Shown here one piece after another: positions 45,865-61,513 of a stretch of DNA of 64,000 nt (the stretch's first letter is position 1; every line of letters begins with the position of its first letter). Below the pieces are notes generated by a model, which saw only the letters and a program-made list of their open reading frames with translations, was not told where the DNA came from and searched no databases. The DNA is taken from the NCBI GenBank assembly GCA_040357565.1, contig JBDODJ010000057.1; one strand, given 5' to 3'. Source of the DNA: Cercozoa sp. M6MM. Taxonomy: Eukaryota; Protista; Endomyxa: Ascetosporea. The position numbers and the translations under genes were made by a program.

Positions 45865-46518
45865 CTAGTGCACGGACTCAGTAATAGCGCTGGAAGCCGA
45901 AGCGGACGCAACGTCACCCGTCGACTCGTCGTACATGCGCAGATCGTCGGGCGAGCTGACCACAGGAGCCTCGGGCGGACAATCAGCGTCGCCGGGCAAA
46001 AACACCACAGTGACAGGCTGATACTTGGCGAGCTCGTCCTCGAGGATGCCGCGAATGCGCGTCCAGTCGCCTCCGCCGAGACCGGCGCCGATCTTGGGCA
46101 GGCCGACGTGCGTGCCCGGGAACTGCTGTCTCACCTGCCGGATGCAGTGCCGCACGGCCTCGTAGTCGGTCAGACTGCCCGAGAAACCTCGTGGCCGACG
46201 CCAGTGATCTTGCGTGTACGCATTGACGACATGCAGCGGGATATTTTCAATGTAGGCCGACGAGATCGTGCCGAGTTTGCCGGCATCTCCCTGTCAAAGT
46301 ACGTCCAGTCAGGCATTGTGACTGGCAGCCTCTTTTGTTACCTTTGGAGTGGCACAATCGGCTCGAAATGCCGCTGGAAAACGCTTCTTGATGGCCAGTG
46401 CGATGCCTTTGCCCATGCTGCACTGGCAGTTGCAGCCGTGCACGATGACATCGAAGGCGCCTTGCTCGGCCAGCTCGATGAGATCGCCACGAACCAGTCG
46501 CAGAGCACGTTGGGCCAT
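45865..46518 (-). CDS. Macrodomain protein (Poa1/TARG1/phage Tk.4-like ADP-ribose processing)
   Basis: VRGDLIE..FDVIVHGCNC..SMGKGIA, VVNAYTQ, DYEAVRHC, GLPKIGAGLGGGDW; one intron 46291-46341. Confidence 0.88.
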
Positions 46519-46793
46519 TGTGTCCAAATCACAAATGCCAAACCACTAAAGTACCCATGACAGCTTTTAGTGACTGTACAGTACAAAATGGGCGCTGTGC
46601 AAAATATAAAACTTGTCGATCAAAACAACTACAGTACTACAGGCACTACTGTTGTGTGTCTGTGAGTCAGCGTGTGTTTTCTGTTTCCCTAAGCTTACTG
46701 AAACACGAGGAGACTGTGGTGTTTGAGTTCTATTTTTTCTGTTAGTGTATCGTTAGGTTGCTGGGTTGACGTGGAGTGATTTGCAGGTGTCCC

Positions 46794-47462
46794 ATGTCGG
46801 AGAGCAAGTCCGTGTTCGGAAGCGCACAGTGGGCAAGCAGCACCACCAGCGGCGCCGATCAGAAGCAGAGCAGTGGCGATGTCGGCACCGGCAAGAACAA
46901 GCCGCGCTTCCTGGCTGGACACCAGTGGGACGACCGTCGGTAGCACAGTGTTTTTTTCTTAAATCCGGCCCTGTCATTCTGTGATTGCTTCCGCGCGGAC
47001 GTGTCGTTTCATGTGACCAGAGGTCGAGGACGAAGCCGTCGCGGAGGCCGTGGTCGTCGTGGCCGTGGTTCCTTTCTTTTCACGATTTTGTATTTTGCGT
47101 ATTTTTTCTCGCTTTCATTTGGTTTGCTGATTTTGTTTGTTTGGTGGTTTTGACAGGTGGTAAATTCGGTGCTGCGAGGCGCCAACGACGTAACCGCGAC
47201 CAAAAACCGTTCGGCAAGAAATCTGCGTATTCCATTTTTCTGTCGGTTTTTTGAAAGAGGGAGAAGATGTGCGTGTGTGTTTAGCGAGCAACTCGACAAG
47301 GACCTGGATCGCTACATGAGCGCCACCAAGGACAATATGGACGCCGAGCTCGATGCCTACCTCTCTCGTCGCGATGCACCTGCTGCTGACGAGCCAGCAC
47401 AGCAGACCGAGTCGACTGACAAGCCGTCCGAAACGCCTGCCGCCGAAGAAGCCAAGGAATGA
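46794..47462 (+). CDS. CHTOP/FoP-like RG-rich protein
   Basis: RG-rich exon plus duplicated C-terminal motif KSAEQLDKDLDRYM..NMDAELDAYL (FoP duplication/UBM). Confidence 0.75.
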
Positions 47463-48333
47463 ATTCATGCGCTCCCAATTGAACGCAAACTGAAACAAAT
47501 GGAAACTCACGTGCACGACCAACTGCCGCGCACTATCCGCATGGGTGCATGCCTAGCCTGTCACATAGCCAGCGTAGTCGAGTTAGTTACTTTCGTTGCT
47601 GTCAAACGAAACAGCCGTGTGGTGACTTCGGTGCGATGAATTCGATTGCACTCTGTGTTTGGCGTCCGACTGGTCACAGGAGCCTTGTTTCTCTGTGGCA
47701 TGACCGATGATTTCTGTTGTATCCGACGCAGGTGGAAGACTTGAACCGCCTTGCGTGCCCAGCAGGCGCGCATTCACGCACGCGCGCACCGCAACACGTG
47801 CAGGACCCCTCTGGCACACGCCATGCAGAGCAGTGCTGCTGGTGTTGCCGTGTCTGGACGAGATCAACCTTGTGGCTGGCGCTGTCAGGCTGGCTCGAAC
47901 TGACGCAGCCGCACGGTTCACTACGCGCTAGTAAACTTACTGATCCGGCTCCAACTACAGTCGCAGTTACGAAACCTTTGACTCTTCCGCCTTTAGTACC
48001 CACCTGGTGTATCCTGTCGCGTTCAGTTGATACGGAATGACCAGAAACAAACACACTTGATTAGAACGGTGATCCAGAAACAGTCAACTTAGAGCGCAGC
48101 GAAACGAAGAAAAGTGGATGCCAATTGAGACGGCCAGGAGTCAGTTACCGTTTCGTAAAAAATCGAATTAACAGGTCTTTTGAGCCATTTAATCGGCGCA
48201 CTGGAGTTCCTAAATAGGAGCGCAGGTGTGCATTTGTCTTCGAATGGCCTACAGATGCATAGCCCTGCAGCACACGCCGTTTCACTGTGTGTTTTCTCAT
48301 TTTCTTTGCACTCAGGCAACGACTGCTTGTATT

Positions 48334-52783
<4,450 letters not shown>

Positions 52784-53190
52784 TACACTTAATTAACTTT
52801 AGTTCAACTAAACGAACGCACGCAAGTTCAGTCAGTTTAGTTCAGTTTGACAATTGAACGGTCCGAGACTGAGTAAACAGAACTGAAAGAGGCTTCGCCG
52901 ATTGTGGACACGATTATACTAGCGTTACTGACCAACTGGCTATATATTTTGGACTTAGGGCATTTTGCCCGTCGTTTTCCCGACCGCGTGGTCTACGGAG
53001 TGTGCATGCAGAGTAGTTCGGTCTTTTGAAATCGATGCTTACCGTTCGTTCCTGCTAACACAGTTTGTTTTGTTGTGATCCTTCGCTACATTTTGTTCTC
53101 AGAACGACGAGTGTCGTCCATCTTTTCCACCCAACTCCTGAATACTGCCCAAGTCCGAGTTTTCAGTTGAATTCAATTGATTGAAAGAAA

Positions 53191-54080
53191 ATGCGCTTCC
53201 TGCTTGCTTCTGTCGTGGTGATTGTCGGTGCCTCTGGACAAATGTACGATCCGAGCGACTGTCCCGGTGGACAGTGGGTTCCGCTGAAATCCTGCACGCT
53301 GGAGAACGAGTGCAAGAGCGCTGCCTTTTGCACCAGCAACTACCAAGTCCAAAAAGGGCAGTGCGCAGTGGAGGACTGCGAAGGTGCCCTCACGTGTGCC
53401 CTTGAGGCAGTCGACGATGGTGACGTCTGTGGCGACAACACGGCCTTCCTCAACGACGACGGCAGCAACTTTGTAGGTGAGGCCGGCACCTCTGCTCAGT
53501 GCTCGGTCGTGCTTGACTACATTTGCATGAACAACCTGGCCGGCGAGATCTACATGGGCGACATTGCTAACTGCGACTGCCCGGAGGGTGTCGTCGTTCA
53601 GGGGTACATTATATACTTAGTATTATCAGTGTGTGTTTCGGTTGTGTGCTATGACGGATTGTCATCAACAATGAAATCAACATTTCATGGAATTGTGAAC
53701 TGCAGTTGCGCACCGAGTGAATGCGCAACCACGACTGCTGCTCCTACGACAACGGTCCCAACCACGACCACTGCTGTACTTCTTTACTCCGTCCTCATCA
53801 CTTACAGTACCTCTGACTCCGAGTGTACAGCCACCGGACATTGCCATGTGTGCGTGTTTGGGAGGCGACTGGTCTCCTCTCACCGACTGCGTACATTGCT
53901 TCTCTGCTGTGTAGCTCTATAGCCTGAAGAGTGAAGGCACGTGTGTGATTTGAGACACAGATGCCGTCCATGAAGTTCCCCGACGAGTGCGTTCGAGTTG
54001 AAGAGTGCGGGAACGGAAGCAACGCGCTGCGTAAGATCGAGTGCGACTGCGACGGCGGCAATGGCAACGGCAATGGCAAT

Positions 54081-54113
<33 letters not shown>

Positions 54114-54475
54114 GGCAAGTGCAAACCTATCGAGATGTCGGGCGACGACTGGACCTGGTATCGACTGCCCAGCTGCAATTAAGAATTCCCAAAGAGTGCG
54201 GTGTTAGTGGGGATCGTTCCGCCGCCGTTCTCGCTGGCGAGGCAATCGTCGCCACGTACTCTGATGATGTCGTGGAAGCTGCTCGGTGTGGAATGCTTAA
54301 CCGCTTCGAGGTAAAACCCAATTCAAGTTCAGTTGCCGTTGGTCATACCATCTGTGCTGATGGTAAATTTTAGTGCGTGGATGCCTACGGCCCCACTGAC
54401 GAATCCGCCTGCAGCGGAGGCTGTCCGGACGTGGTGCAAACGTGCGAGCCGAAGTACTGCTCCAACACCCACTAG
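53191..54475 (+). CDS. Secreted Cys-rich protein with two tandem modules, Thr-rich linker and (NG)n insert
   Basis: Signal peptide MRFLLASVVVIVGASG; exons splice in frame to TAG at 54473-75. Confidence 0.75.
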
Positions 54476-54495
54476 AAACCAGACTCCTCGTGGTC

Positions 54496-54556
54496 AACTG
54501 AACCGGCTGAACTGACTGAACTGACTGAACTGGAACTGACTGAACTGGGAACTGAA
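54496..54556 (+). repeat. AACTG(A) tandem cluster
   Basis: aactgaaccggctgaactgactgaactgactgaactggaactgactgaactgggaactgaa. Confidence 0.85.
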
Positions 54557-54592
54557 GACTTAGACTGATCCCGATCCCAGCAGCCTTGTTAA

Positions 54593-54613
54593 AACTAGCA
54601 CACTGACTTTTGC
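54593..54613 (+). promoter_or_regulatory. Putative distal element of U3 copy 1
   Basis: AACTAGCACACTGACTTTTGC, 20/21 identical to 58802-58822(-), in otherwise diverged flanks. Confidence 0.6.
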
Positions 54614-54687
54614 TCTAATCAAGTGGTGTTTTAGGCCGCACACTAGAGCTTTGTAGTGGGTTCTAGTTGTATCCAGATGGTGATGAA

Positions 54688-54699
54688 TGACCCATGATG
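54688..54699 (+). promoter_or_regulatory. Putative snRNA-type proximal sequence element
   Basis: TGACCCATGATG at -73..-62 of U3; resembles the TGACCCAT-type upstream element of ciliate snRNA genes. Confidence 0.55.
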
Positions 54700-54760
54700 T
54701 GGCACTAAATCCGGCAGTGAGTCGGAAATCTAGCGAAAGTCTAGTGGCCGAGCTCGAGGT

Positions 54761-54990
54761 ATGATCATACTTGAAAGGATTAATTTCTATAGTATGTATT
54801 CTCTCATATCACATTCAATTGTGATTGACAACCCAACCGGGAAGAGGACACTACGCCTCGGTGGACTGAGCATGAGGTTAGGGACGATGTGCCCCTTGTG
54901 GTGCGTCGTTCGTCGAGGATTGTGTGTCGGCTCGCCATTGCCCCTCGCGGGCTGGCGCCGGCGCTGTCCACTGAGCTGTCTGACTGGTTG
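54761..54990 (+). ncRNA. U3: U3 snoRNA, copy 1
   Basis: Box A' TACTT, box A GGATTAATTTCTATAGT, box C' GGAAGA, box B GAGCATGAG, box D CTGA, terminal stem CAACCGG/CTGGTTG; 230 nt. Confidence 0.9.
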
Positions 54991-55208
54991 ATTTCACTTC
55001 TTTTGTGCTCTGCTGCGTCCGCGAGATAGTTGACTCGCTTTATTCGCTCATTTGACGTTACGCACTCACAAGCTGACCGGTTTTCAGAAACATCCTGTGT
55101 GCACTCCAGAGCTGCATACAGTGGTGCTGAACGCACGAAACGCTGAACGACATCGATCGCTTTGGCTCGAACGCATATCGGCTCACCGAGCCGGAAGGGA
55201 GAACCGTT

Positions 55209-55835
55209 ATGAATGATCAATACAGTGTCCGGTGTCCTGATTCGCCCTTTGCACTCTGCGTTTAAGCACCCGTGCAGTACAGTACCTGCGCAGTCTACGT
55301 GACGCAGAGCGTGCTTGATCATGCAAGATTTCACAGGTACCAAATCGACTCGATTTGCAGCGTGATGAAAAGACTCTTCTACGTAAAGAGAAATTGCCTT
55401 TCGACGTATCCTGGATTGCCAAGCCAGTGCAACAATTTCATGATCGTCTCGGTATTCAAAAATCCTGAGCAACAGTGATTTTCTTGAAAATTGCATCGTT
55501 TAATTCCCTCCCAGGCCTGGAATACTACGTGGTGCCAGCAATTTTGGTGCTGCTGGGACTGGCTTGGCTCGCGTCGCGCGTCATCCATCGAACGAGAGCA
55601 CACAAGCGATCTCGGGTCGACCAAATTGCGAAGGAAGAGGTCCCAACTTTAATATAAAAACTGCTGTTGAACTGCCGAATGTTGATGTTTCCCTGCACGA
55701 ATAATGTGGAATGTGGATGCGATGGAACAGGCTTCAAAGCTGATTGGAGGCGACGAAAAGAGCTACGGAACGGCGGAAGATTCCCACGGGGTCAGACGTT
55801 CGCTTCGATTGCGCAACAAGCGCCGCGAACAATAA
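55209..55835 (+). CDS. Small single-pass membrane protein
   Basis: Spliced exons with TM YVVPAILVLLGLAWLAS and basic tail; start uncertain. Confidence 0.5.
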
Positions 55836-56012
55836 AAGCGGTTTAAGTTCAGTTCGGTTGAATGTCGTTTTGCAGGTGCCGCTACAGTACTAGCGCTACA
55901 GTGCGTGCTGTCGCGCGGCCGCTCGCACAGTTCCAGTCAATTAAAAATTAGTGTCGATTACCAGTAAATTTACAGTCATCGGCATTAATTACTGCCTTGT
56001 CCTTCCGAGTTC

Positions 56013-56998
56013 TTAGGGATAGCGCATGGTCACTCCGTCCTCCACGCAGTCAGGTGCACTGCTTTCTTTCTGTTTCGTCAGTGCAGGCAACGCTTTCGGT
56101 AGCGTTGGAAGAGTTTTGTGAGCTACAGTACCGGTGCAAGAACTAAATGTACAGTCGTCCGTTGATTTTACCTGCGCCTGCAGTTTGTCACTGCGAACAC
56201 ACGATCGCACCTGTCGCCTCTGTATAATCACAGTCAAAGCACTTCACGAGTCAACTGAATCAAGTTAGCACGAAGCAGAAAACGAGCGTGGGATACCTGG
56301 AGGCAACGCAGATCGTGTCGACGCATCACTCTGCGGCGATTCAAGAGAATTCTCGGCCAGTTTTTGCACTTTTGTTCGAGTTGTTTCGCGAGCAGTCTGT
56401 CCGAGTCGGTTCGAACCTTGTCCTTGTTCTGCATGATAGGCATTGTGGAGTTGCGCGGTGTGAGACTCATTCGCATGTCGACTGGAGGGACGAGAAGCCT
56501 CTGGTGCTCTTCTTTCATCTGTGATAAACTCGACTTGAACATTCCTACCGTCTTTAAGTTTATACAGTTCGCTGAAGTCTGAACTGACCTTGCACACGCG
56601 CAGCTCACGCTGCAACTGCAAGTTTCGACGCTGCAATTCAATTGTCTGGAGAAACACACAAATGAAGGAATTAACAGGCTGCAACTGGAGACTCTGGTCG
56701 GACGCACCGTGGCATGTGCGCGAGCCAGCGACTGCACGTGCCGCGTCTGCTGCTGCTGTAGGTGCGTGTTGCTACCCACAAGTGCGCACACCAGAACGGC
56801 CACGCTGACAGCCACCGTGCAGGTCACCGTGGCACGCAAGAATTCTGCGTTGGCACGAAGCCACTGGCCCAGCTCTGCTCTGCACCAACAACCGATATCA
56901 AAACACCGACCAAACTGAAACTTGAAAACTGAAACCCAATCGATTTGGGACAACATTCTGGACCACTGGACTGTACCGCGATGAAGCCAAACACGCAC
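56013..56998 (-). CDS. Hypothetical TM plus coiled-coil protein
   Basis: TM VTCTVAVSVAVLVCALVG, coiled coil IELQRRNLQLQRELRVCK; boundaries approximate. Confidence 0.45.
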
Positions 56999-57269
56999 TT
57001 AGGTTGCTCAAGAACTCGCGCACACGCTCTTGCTCAGTCTCTTCGTCCTGTGAAAACGAGGGTTGGAAAAATGGGAAACTGGGAAAATGTCCGAAATGTT
57101 ACACAAAGCATGCACTCGCGCAATAGGGTGGCACAGTGAGTCCACGAGTGTAAGGCTTGGAGACACGCATCATCGTTGGTGCCAGCGGACGATTTTTCTT
57201 CAGTTTCACTCTGACACTCGTTGGAAGTTTCCTCCTACAAGGATAAAACAATGCTCACGAAACAAGGGG

Positions 57270-58181
57270 ATGTCGCAGCATTGGGGCACCAAAACTGTCC
57301 AGTCCGGGCACTCGTCGCGTTCCATGTCGCCGGGGTTTCGCGATCTAACGCTCTATGAGAGATTCAACGTGCTGTCAGTTCGAGCCCGTCACAGTTTGAC
57401 TGTTGCCGCATGTCCGCACGCGGTACTCCGCTCAGCCGCGAGCACGCACGCGTCTACATACTTTAACGTACTCTACATCTGAAATTTTACAAGAACACAC
57501 ACCCTACGGCACATGTAAAGCTGCAGTTTTGCTCAAAATGACGGAACTTCTGGCAAACAAACCCGTTGGGAACATATTGGATTGTATCAACGGATTCTGT
57601 CACTTGGAGTTTGCTAGACGCCAAAACTCCCTTAAGCAGCACCTATTCTGTCCTTAAACCAGTGCTACCGCTCTAATGGTCTGCCCGGTACTCATTTTCT
57701 TTTTTTGAACGGTAGCTTTTTGTGTGAGTGGGATAACTGTCACTCTCCTAGGGCTGTCTTCTGCTGCCGGCGTTGCTGCTTCTGCCGAATTTTCTCATTT
57801 TCGCGCTCAATTGGGTTTGGCAAAAGATGGTAAGCATCGTGGCACCACCATACATACTCCTGTACTCTGGGACTGTTTTATATGTCGGTACCTGGCACTC
57901 GCAGACCGGCAAGAAACTAGTCGGTGGTGACACGTGTAATGGTACAGTACCACTGGCACGCTTTACCTTCGGTCTGTCTGAGTGTCCTTATTGACACAAT
58001 GCAGAGAAAGCCGCAGACAGCTCAAAGCCAAGCAAGTGCCCGTTCGCCGGCGCCGAAAACGCCGACGCCAACACAGCTGCGCAAACGCTTCCCGAGGGAC
58101 ACCCGCCTGTGCACGACGACAAAGTCGACTAGCCTGACACTGTACCAAGCGAAACCGCGAACATGCACCAGGCCGTGCTGA
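57270..58181 (+). CDS. Hypothetical membrane protein
   Basis: Short exon-like ORFs including hydrophobic LLLLPNFLIFALNWVWQK; structure unresolved. Confidence 0.35.
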
Positions 58182-58443
58182 AAGTGCAGACTGTGATCCT
58201 ATTTAACTAAAAAGTACTATTGAGCTCGGGCTGTACAATCCTTGTAGGGAGTCCTACCGTATCGTCGGGTAAAAAAGTGAGCCGAGAAAACTGAGCCAAC
58301 AACGTGGTCAGTTGACAAAGACCGAGGGCGAGCACAAACTGGCCTGGTGCTGTACAGTAACGAAGAGTGACAGCAACACGGCACGCAACTGCATCTTATT
58401 CTTGTCCTGTCGGGCCACTGGAGTGGCAAAAACGAAGTGGAAT

Positions 58444-58672
58444 CAACCAGTCAGACAGCTCAGTGGACAGCGCCGGCGCCAGCCCACGAGGGGCAATGGC
58501 GAGCCGACACACAATCCTCGACGAACGACGCACCACAGGGGCACGTCGTCCCTAACCTCATGCTCAGTCCACCGAGGCGTAGCGTCCTCTTCCCGGTTGG
58601 GTTGTCAATCACAATTGAATGTGATATGAGAGAATACATACTATAGAAATTAATCCTTTCAAGTATGATCAT
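58444..58672 (-). ncRNA. U3: U3 snoRNA, copy 2
   Basis: Reverse complement of 54761-54990 with 3 substitutions and a 1-nt indel. Confidence 0.9.
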
Positions 58673-58733
58673 ACCTCGAGCTCGGCCACTAGACTTTCGC
58701 TAGATTTCCGACTCACTGCCGGATTTAGTGCCA

Positions 58734-58745
58734 CATCATGGGTCA
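58734..58745 (-). promoter_or_regulatory. Putative PSE of U3 copy 2
   Basis: TGACCCATGATG at the same spacing as in copy 1. Confidence 0.55.
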
Positions 58746-58801
58746 GTCATCACCATCTGGAAATAATTGAAATCCACGAAGGAATGCTATCCACGACTAC
58801 G

Positions 58802-58822
58802 GCAAAAGTGAGTGTGCTAGTT
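58802..58822 (-). promoter_or_regulatory. Putative distal element of U3 copy 2
   Basis: AACTAGCACACTCACTTTTGC. Confidence 0.6.
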
Positions 58823-58959
58823 CTAGCAGGGCCGGCCGGTCGGTGAAGCCATTGCCTTATTGCCTACTCGCCGTCAAGCCGTCAAACTGAAGCCGTCAAA
58901 CTGAAACCTTTTGCTGGGTAGCCAGTTATCGTTACCGTCCTGTCAGTGTCCGAACGAAG

Positions 58960-61074
58960 TCACAGTCCGAAAGTGCCCATGAAAGGCGTCAAGAAAGAGC
59001 CTACCAAACCAGATATACAGGCTATGCTCCCACAGCAAAATTGAAAGGAAGCACCCAAAAGCATGGTGTCATGCACGACGAATGCCTCACTGAGCCAGCA
59101 GACGCCTTCGCTGTTGCTGTGCATCGGTGCGTACAGCGTGTGCACAAGCTCGCCAGTGACACTGTCGATCACTGCCACAATGGCACTCTTGGGCAATGAT
59201 GCCAGCTGTCACATCTTCAGTGTACTTATGTCACATAGACAGTGAGCGAATTTTGCATTCATGTACCACGAGTTTCGGCGGCAGCAGCGAGAGCAACTGA
59301 CGAGCCATCGGCCACTGTCAGCGCGTAACTTATAAAGAAGCTGTACATATTTGTAAAGTACTCATGTATACACCTTCTTGAGCCAGTGCATGAGGGCAAA
59401 GGGCCGCGCGTACTTGCTGCCCAGTGCAACGAGGATGGTCGGATGCTCTGCCTTGCAGATGGTCGGCACCGCGTTGGTGCCGGCGTCGACGCACCAACGG
59501 ACCTACATCCGTGTGTGTAGTATCAGTTTATAGAACAGAGGAGGTATATATATTGTACAGTACAGTAACAAGTGTAAAGTACATTATCAGGCTGTCCCGG
59601 CAGATTGTCACTCAGCACCTTTGCATTTAATTTCTCTGCACAAGCACTAAATTTAACACAAGAATGCAATTAAGGTAGTTTGTTTATACTGTTCGCATCG
59701 AAAGCAAGGCCAGAAACGTCGTATTTGAGCATCTTTCGCGCCGTCGTACTCGCCACAATGACGTGACTGAAGGATATTTGACCAGCAAAACACCTTGAGC
59801 TTAATGGCGCAAGATAAAGTACACAGAAGTACAATTGTACCTGTCATCAGTGACAACGAGTCCATTTGCAAAGCCAATACCATCGGCTATTTCGATCACA
59901 TCCGATGCCAACTTAAGTGCGCCTGCTTCAAGTGTGTACTCCAACGCACACAGACGGCCACTGTACCGACCGTCTAGCACCTCCTGCTCATAGGCTTTGT
60001 ACCAGAGAAAGCACTAGCTGCAGCTAAGTACAAGGAACGGTACAAACGAAAGCTCAGCGAGCGGAAAACGCTGCGATGACTCGGTGAAAAAGATCGAGCC
60101 GCTCGTCGCGTCAGTCGGCTTGAATGCGACCGAATTTGGCACCAAAAGTTTCGTACCACCGCACTTATCAGTCAGTATGGTAGGTGCAGGCAGTTCCTCA
60201 CTTGGACTGTCGCTTTTCGCGTCAATGGCCGCGCGGATCTCGTCCAGTCGCTCGCGAACATTGACCTGTAAAATGAATTGTCATTAAAATATTAATTAAT
60301 GTGAATTCACTTTTCTTTGCCTGACAGAACACAGATGCACACCTACCTGCATGATTGCACGTCTGCCGACGTCGGCGTACACCAAAAGACCTGTGCAGCG
60401 ACAGTAAGTTTGAATTGCAGAAGAATAGTAACGCGTCTTCTTTTTACCATCGTCGACAAAGTGCATGCCAAGCGGGCGACCACAGAGTTCAAACTGGTCG
60501 ACGATGTCAAGCGAAACCGGCGCAGTAAGTTGTTTCCAGAATTCGCATCTCTCGCTGGACAGAAGCAGGATGAAACAGACGTGTTTGCAGGAAGTGCAGT
60601 GAGTACCTCATGGCACTGAGCAGCGGGTACTCAACAAGGGAGTCCAACTGCACACGGTCAGTGTCACCACCCTTGCGAAATGCATTACCATCAAAGGCCA
60701 CGACACGCCCATCGGCGAGTCCAGACACCACGATGTTGGTGCTTTTGTCAAACGCAAAACTTTCAGCGCCAATCACCTAAGAAGCTCAGTTCAACTACAA
60801 ACAGCACTATCATCTCCACATGATTTGAGCGTACCCTGTCCTGCAGCGCTCGTCGCACCGAATCGAGTGACACGTCTGGACGAAGCTCGGGAAGTTCAGT
60901 GGTTCTGGGGGGAGGGGGGGGGGGATTGAAACTCCACCATTTTTGAACCAGAAAATAAACACGACTGTACCCATCGTCGATCACGATCGGCCGAATTGGC
61001 GAATATTGCAACAAGCTGGCCAAAAGTATGGCGCTGAGTGCTACGACCGGAGCCAAAACCTTCAGAAAACGCAT
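58960..61074 (-). CDS. Strictosidine synthase-like / APMAP beta-propeller protein
   Basis: N-terminal hydrophobic anchor, IGAESFAFD..VSGLADGRVV, SIFFTESSQRF, LSEAFVVHDTMLLGS. Confidence 0.8.
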
Positions 61075-61513
61075 GACACAAGGCGAAAGGTGCTCTTGTG
61101 CAGGCAAAAGCAAAGTTGCTATCTTTGTCGGATGATTGATCATCTGGTCAAGCAGTGACTCCTGGGTGGAGTGATGAATCGAGTTGTTGGTCGTTAAGTC
61201 TGCGCAACTTACATTAACCCTCAATACGCAGGCTGCTAAGGGTAGATAGGGACGTGCACGTGCTGTAGGTTGTTTGCTGGTGTAGATTTATGCTGATAAA
61301 GTCGTGAAAACACGAAGTGGGAGTGTTGTGATTGGGAGCTGGCTGGGGTCGCACTTTCACCTCGGCCAGGCTGTGGCTCCTGTTGCAAGCGCAGTTTATC
61401 GTTGTTGTTTTTGCAGTTTTCACGCTTAACGTCACAGTGTGCGACAGACGGAAAGCTGAGAGAGATTGAGTGAGGAGAGAGAGAGAAAGGGAGACTGGGT
61501 GAAAGTTGGAAGC

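Noticed and set aside
47560-48200. Overlapping 100+ aa ORFs on both strands (similarly 32450-32950 and 13050-13400)
   Set aside because: No consistent splice model or recognisable motif; left uncalled
54761-54991. ORFs MIILERINF... (also 58460-58672)
   Set aside because: Spurious translations of U3 snoRNA
54672-58761. DNA transposon or MITE with long terminal inverted repeats
   Set aside because: The repeats are U3 genes plus promoter; no transposase inside and no target-site duplication seen
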